Of a stretch of DNA of 64,000 nucleotides, positions 59,857 to 64,000 are shown piece by piece. The notes under the pieces are model-generated. The model was not told the DNA's origin. It was given only the letters and a program-made list of their open reading frames with translations, and ran no database searches. The stretch's first letter is position 1. Each line of letters opens with the position of its first letter. The translations under genes and the position numbers were made by a program. This DNA is from an uncultured Bacilli bacterium (GTDB taxonomy: Bacteria > Bacillota_I > Bacilli_A > RF39 > UBA660), in the NCBI GenBank assembly GCA_934122395.1, contig CAKOWQ010000003.1:186299-250298 (forward strand), read 5' to 3'.

Positions 59857-61638
59857 ATGTATAGTAGCAAGAAAAAAGTTGTAATAATAGTAATGTGCGT
59901 TATGATGATATTTATGGCTATTGGATATGCTGTACTATCAACAAATTTAAATATAAAAGGTACAAGTAATCTTACAGGTACTTGGGGTATTAGAATTGAT
60001 TCAATTACTAGTACTGCTACAGGTAGAGCTTATAATATTACCGATCCTACATATACTGATACTAATATGACATTTAATGTAGGAGTAAAGGAACCGGGAG
60101 ATAAGATGACTTTTGAGGTTGTACTTAAGAACTATGGTTCTATCGGAGCAATATTAGATGATATTGAAGCTAGTAGTAGTGGTAGTCCTTCAATTAATTA
60201 TAGTATTAGTGGCATTAAAAAAGGTGATAAATTAAGTGGGTATGCTAGTACTACTCTTACTATAGTGACAGAGTTTGATATTAATGCAACAGAACTACCT
60301 ACAGCAACTAATAAAACATTAAATATTAAATTATCATTTATTCAAGATGATGGTCAAACTATAACAGGAGATGATCCAACAATTGATGAGAAAGTTGTTA
60401 AAGTTTATGGAAAACCTGATACTATAGGAACTGAAATGCAAATAGGCAATGAAAAATTCTATGTAATATCAAGTAATTCTACTAAAGTTGTAGCTTTAGC
60501 TAAATATGGTTTGGATATAGTTACAGCTGATCCTAATGCGACTTACAAAGGAACTGGAAGGCAGGATAAAAAAATATTAACTTATTCAGAAGATGGGGTA
60601 TTATATGGTACACTTGCATTTACGAGTGATGATTTTTCGGCTTGTTCTAGTTATTGCACAAGTTATCCGTGTGATGCTTTTAATAGTTGTTCTGCTACAT
60701 ACACACCAGTTATGAATTATAAGACTTATTTAGAAAGTTTAGGTGCTCAAATATCAAAAGCTAGATTAATAACTTATGATGAATTAATTAATTTAGGTTG
60801 TACTGGCGATGTTGATAATAGTGGTAATTGTTCAAACGCACCATTTTGGACTCATGATATTTCATATTGGACAGGTACTTCTGGTAGTGAATATAGAGTA
60901 TGGGCAGTAAGTGCTCCATATAACATGTTTGTTAATGATGATTATGATGATAATCCTAGTGCACCTGGTACAACTTATGGAATTCGTCCAGTAATAGAAG
61001 TATTGAAGTCAAATATTGACTATATAGACTTGAAACCTAAAGCAAATGGAAATATTACAAAAGTTGGTACTGATATTCAAATAGGTGATGAACATTTCTA
61101 TGTAATATCTAGTGACTCATCTAAAGTAGTGGCTTTAGCTAAATATAATCTGGATATAAATAATGCACTTCATGTGTATAAAGGCACTGGAATACAAGAC
61201 GAACACGTAAGAGGTGCCGATTCTGATTCTACTACTACTGATTATGGCACTATAGCTTTTTCAACTACTAATTATTGGACTAGTACTTGTTCAAGTTATC
61301 CTTGTTATGTGTATAATAATAATTCTAACTTATATACACATGTTGAAGCATATAAGTCATATTTAAAAAATTTAGGTGTTTCAGTCACTAATGCTAGATT
61401 AATAAAAGCGGAAGAATTAACTGCATTGGGTTGTACAATTACTGGTGGATATATGAATTGTCAAAACAGTTCATACAATTGGATATATGAAACAGCTTAT
61501 TGGGCAGGTACGGCAGCAGAAAGTACTTTGTTAATAAATTCTAATCGCATTGGAAATTCTATCGTAGGAAGCTATACACATACTAATTATCTCGGCGTTC
61601 GTCCAATAATAGAAATACCTAGATCTGAATTTTCATAG
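59857..61638 (+). CDS. Secreted protein: TasA/camelysin-like N-terminal domain fused to two tandem about 230-aa Cys-containing repeat domains
   Basis: SipW-type signal region plus EPGDKMTFEVVLKNYGSIGAIL; internal duplication (KFYVISSNSTKVVALAKYGLDI / HFYVISSDSSKVVALAKYNLDI; LGCTG...C; YWTGT/YWAGT; GIRPVIE/GVRPIIE). Confidence 0.65.
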   Translation: MYSSKKKVVIIVMCVMMIFMAIGYAVLSTNLNIKGTSNLTGTWGIRIDSITSTATGRAYNITDPTYTDTNMTFNVGVKEPGDKMTFEVVLKNYGSIGAILDDIEASSSGSPSINYSISGIKKGDKLSGYASTTLTIVTEFDINATELPTATNKTLNIKLSFIQDDGQTITGDDPTIDEKVVKVYGKPDTIGTEMQIGNEKFYVISSNSTKVVALAKYGLDIVTADPNATYKGTGRQDKKILTYSEDGVLYGTLAFTSDDFSACSSYCTSYPCDAFNSCSATYTPVMNYKTYLESLGAQISKARLITYDELINLGCTGDVDNSGNCSNAPFWTHDISYWTGTSGSEYRVWAVSAPYNMFVNDDYDDNPSAPGTTYGIRPVIEVLKSNIDYIDLKPKANGNITKVGTDIQIGDEHFYVISSDSSKVVALAKYNLDINNALHVYKGTGIQDEHVRGADSDSTTTDYGTIAFSTTNYWTSTCSSYPCYVYNNNSNLYTHVEAYKSYLKNLGVSVTNARLIKAEELTALGCTITGGYMNCQNSSYNWIYETAYWAGTAAESTLLINSNRIGNSIVGSYTHTNYLGVRPIIEIPRSEFS

Positions 61639-61643
61639 AATAT

Positions 61644-61672
61644 AGGATATAGAAATATATCCTTTTTATTTT
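61644..61672 (+). terminator. Rho-independent terminator
   Basis: AGGATATAGAAATATATCCTTTTTATTTT. Confidence 0.65.
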
Positions 61673-61723
61673 GTATATCGAAATATTGTGTGGTATAATT
61701 AATTTACAATAGGAAGTGATACT

Positions 61724-62869
61724 ATGAAGATACTTAGATATATTGATAAGTGGTTATTATTAATTACTACTATTTTATTTGTAATAGGACTAGTTATGGT
61801 ATTTTCTGCATCTAACGTAGCTTCCTTTATGAGATATAAGGCGAGTCCTTATCATTTTATAATAAGACAATCTATCTTTTTGCTAGTGGGAATTATTATC
61901 TCGTTAATTGCTATTAGATTTTCTACTAAAGTATATGGGTTTGTTTCTTGGCCGGGACTTATTGCTATTACAATAGTTTTAGCTTTAGTTTTAGCTTATG
62001 GTAAAATAGCTGGTGGTGCTTCTTCTTGGATTCAATTAGGTCCTTTTAGATTCCAACCTAGTGAATTTGCTAAAGTCATTATGATAGCATGGATGGCAAG
62101 TTTTTATGATATAAATAAAAATAGTTTAAATAGATATTCAACAGCTTTGTTTCCATTACTTATATGTGGTATTATTGTGGTTTTATTAATGCTAGAACCG
62201 GACTTGGGTACTGCTATAATATTTGCGGGAATTGTAACTTTTATATTTATGATTGTACCGATAGATTTAAAAATAAAAGTGCGAACTGTTTTGATTGTAT
62301 TAGTAATTGGTCTTTTAGGCGTTGCTATTTTAATTGGTAATGGTAAGAATTTATTTTTCCATCACCAAATTCAAAGGTTAGATTTTTCAAACCCTTGTAG
62401 TGAATCTAAATTCTATAAAGAAGGTAACCAGGTTTGTAATGGGTATATTGCTATAAACAATGGAGGACTTTTTGGAAAAGGACTTGGTAATAGTACTCAA
62501 AAATATTTGTATTTACCTGATTCACACACAGACTTCATTTTCCCAATTGTTGTTGAAGAATTAGGATTGTTATTTGGAGCCTTTGTAATTTTATTATATA
62601 TATTCTTGTTAGCTCGTATTTTTATAATAGCTCATAATAGTACTAATAATAGAAATGCTATCATGTGTTATGGTGTTGCTTTTTATATTTTCTTACATGT
62701 TGTAGTTAACTTAATGGGTGTTCTTGGAATGATGCCAATGACAGGAGTACCGCTTCCATTCTTAAGTTATGGAGGAAGTTTTACTATATGTTTGATTGTA
62801 GCTCTTACTATGGTTCAAAGAGTAGCAATAGAAAATAATACAAAAAATCTTTCAAAAAATAAAGGATAA
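61724..62869 (+). CDS. ftsW: SEDS-family peptidoglycan glycosyltransferase (FtsW/RodA/SpoVE)
   Basis: 10-TM SEDS topology, conserved PDSHTDFIF and GG...G motifs; promoter TTGTAT-N17-TGTGGTATAAT upstream. Confidence 0.85.
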   Translation: MKILRYIDKWLLLITTILFVIGLVMVFSASNVASFMRYKASPYHFIIRQSIFLLVGIIISLIAIRFSTKVYGFVSWPGLIAITIVLALVLAYGKIAGGASSWIQLGPFRFQPSEFAKVIMIAWMASFYDINKNSLNRYSTALFPLLICGIIVVLLMLEPDLGTAIIFAGIVTFIFMIVPIDLKIKVRTVLIVLVIGLLGVAILIGNGKNLFFHHQIQRLDFSNPCSESKFYKEGNQVCNGYIAINNGGLFGKGLGNSTQKYLYLPDSHTDFIFPIVVEELGLLFGAFVILLYIFLLARIFIIAHNSTNNRNAIMCYGVAFYIFLHVVVNLMGVLGMMPMTGVPLPFLSYGGSFTICLIVALTMVQRVAIENNTKNLSKNKG

Positions 62870-62911
62870 TTTAAAGAAAAAGATAATAATCTCCTTAGGG
62901 AGGTTTTTTTT

Positions 62912-63622
62912 ATGATTTTAGATAAAGTAAAAGATTTTGTTTATGAGCACAAAATTAATATAGCTTTGTGGGGAGTATTGCTTTTAATAATAATATTATC
63001 CAATGCTGGTATTTATTATTGCTTAGCGGAAGAAATTAAAAATATTGATGTTTCTAGTAAAGTTGAAGTTGATACCGAAAAGACGGTGAAAGATTCTAAT
63101 AATGAAATAAAATATTATAAGTTTGATATTAAAGGAGCAGTTGCTAATCCAGGTGTTTATAAGATAGAAGAATCAGCTAGAATAATTGATGCTATTAATA
63201 TGGCAGGAGGACTATTAGAAAATGCTGATACAAGTGTAAATAATTTAAGCAAATTCATCAAGGATGAAATGGTTATTATTATATATACCAAAGATGAAGT
63301 ATTAAATTTTAGTGAGGTTATAGAAAAAGAAATTAAAGAAAATGATACTTGCAAGAAAAATAACGATGTAATACTTAATGATAGCTGTATTAATAATGAC
63401 CAAGAAAAAGAAAGTAATAATGATATAGATAAGAAAATATCTATAAATACAGCAGATTTGGATTTAATGATAACTTTACCAGGAATAGGTGAAGAAAAAG
63501 CTAAAACTATTATTGCGTATCGTAATGAGCATGGTTTATTTGAAAAAATAGAAGATATTATGAATGTTTCTGGTATTGGAGAGAAACTATTTGAAAAACT
63601 TAAAGATTATATTACAGTATAA
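62912..63622 (+). CDS. comEA: Competence protein ComEA (DNA receptor, tandem HhH)
   Basis: N-terminal TM; C-terminal ISINTADLDLMITLPGIGEEKAKTIIAYR...IMNVSGIGEKLFEKL helix-hairpin-helix pair. Confidence 0.85.
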   Translation: MILDKVKDFVYEHKINIALWGVLLLIIILSNAGIYYCLAEEIKNIDVSSKVEVDTEKTVKDSNNEIKYYKFDIKGAVANPGVYKIEESARIIDAINMAGGLLENADTSVNNLSKFIKDEMVIIIYTKDEVLNFSEVIEKEIKENDTCKKNNDVILNDSCINNDQEKESNNDIDKKISINTADLDLMITLPGIGEEKAKTIIAYRNEHGLFEKIEDIMNVSGIGEKLFEKLKDYITV

Positions 63623-64000
63623 TTGGATTTTTTATATTATTTTTATTAGTGCTATTATTTACTGTGTTATTTATAACTTAGTACCACATTCAAGTAAGTA
63701 TAATGTTAATGATAATAGTTTTAAAATTGTTATTATTGATATTAATATTTCTGGTAATTATCTAAAAATAATAGGTAGAGGTAAGGAAAAGATACAAGGA
63801 ACTTACTTTTTTGAAAATTATACTGAGAAAATTAACTTTATTAATGAATATAAAATAGGGGATATAGTAGAACTTTATGGCAACTTAGAAATACCTAGTA
63901 ATAATACTAACTTTAATTTATTTAATTATAAAAAATATTTGTATTATGAAGGGATTAATTTTAATTTGAAGATAGATTCTTATAAGAAAAATGTTAGTTG
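63591..64000 (+). CDS. comEC: ComEC/Rec2 DNA internalisation channel, N-terminal fragment (3'-partial)
   Basis: Open frame to the window end; hydrophobic N-terminus then DUF4131-like region (IGDIVELYGNLEIPSNNTNFNLFNYKKYLYYEGI); TTG 63591 with GGAGAG RBS (alternative ATG 63564); overlaps the comEA end. Confidence 0.6.
   Translation, partial: MKNLKIILQYNWIFYIIFISAIIYCVIYNLVPHSSKYNVNDNSFKIVIIDINISGNYLKIIGRGKEKIQGTYFFENYTEKINFINEYKIGDIVELYGNLEIPSNNTNFNLFNYKKYLYYEGINFNLKIDSYKKNVS

Noticed and set aside
62870-62911. Hairpin CTCCTTAGGGAGG plus T tract before comEA as a terminator
   Set aside because: The stem includes the comEA RBS (GGGAGG 9 nt before ATG 62912). It is more likely a translational or RNA-stability element or coincidence than a clean terminator, so it is not listed as a feature.
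63157-63354. Antisense ORF in comEA
   Set aside because: Embedded artefact.
1-64000. Search for CRISPR arrays, rRNA or tRNA genes, integrases, transposases and IS inverted repeats
   Set aside because: No regularly spaced direct repeats were seen apart from the in-gene 63-nt tandem repeat at about 40063-40400. No tRNA-like cloverleaf regions or recombinase motifs were recognised in any ORF. The accessory clusters appear embedded without obvious mobile-element borders.

Overview
This is a very AT-rich chromosomal segment from a low-GC Firmicutes-type genome, translated with the standard code. Almost every gene is on the + strand, which fits leading-strand orientation. About 60 ORFs are called from motif recognition in the supplied translations; no database search was possible.

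Housekeeping core:
- truncated rel, then a T-box leader and thrS
- a partial dcw cluster (mraZ-rsmH-ftsL-class B PBP) with a textbook triple-GTGG MraZ operator
- a pair of U32 (TrhP/YrrN/YrrO-like) genes, a dGTPase-like HD protein and greA
- tig, PMM/PGM, a TetR regulator plus a heterodimeric ABC exporter
- topA, polA, fpg, murD (minus strand), dnaG-sigA-trmK, ruvA-ruvB, queA, an M29 aminopeptidase, ftsW, comEA and the start of comEC

No rRNA, tRNA, CRISPR array, integrase or transposase was recognised.

The most unusual content is a tightly packed six-gene operon directly downstream of the truncated rel gene (691-5983). It encodes a DUF402-like nucleotide hydrolase, a SPASM/twitch radical SAM enzyme, a miniature LysRS-like class II aaRS paralog, an SPL-like radical SAM enzyme, a HAD-like/SAM methyltransferase fusion and a cytidine/dCMP deaminase-fold protein. 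This looks like a previously uncharacterised nucleotide/amino-acid modification system; the possibilities are a defence system, a nucleoside-type natural product or a macromolecule-modification pathway.

Other notable items:
- a two-gene membrane module between topA and polA, with five degenerate 21-aa tandem repeats
- a sigma factor with a duplicated C-terminal region-4-like extension, divergent from a CPBP protease
- a PP-loop/Cys-cluster ATPase co-operonic with murD
- TasA/camelysin-like proteins, one fused to a duplicated Cys-containing domain
- two surface proteins sharing an NPxTxDN C-terminal sorting-like signal
- a histidine kinase with the phospho-accepting His replaced by Gln
- a Tyr/Gly/Pro-rich 86-aa protein
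- a small ORF translationally coupled to thrS
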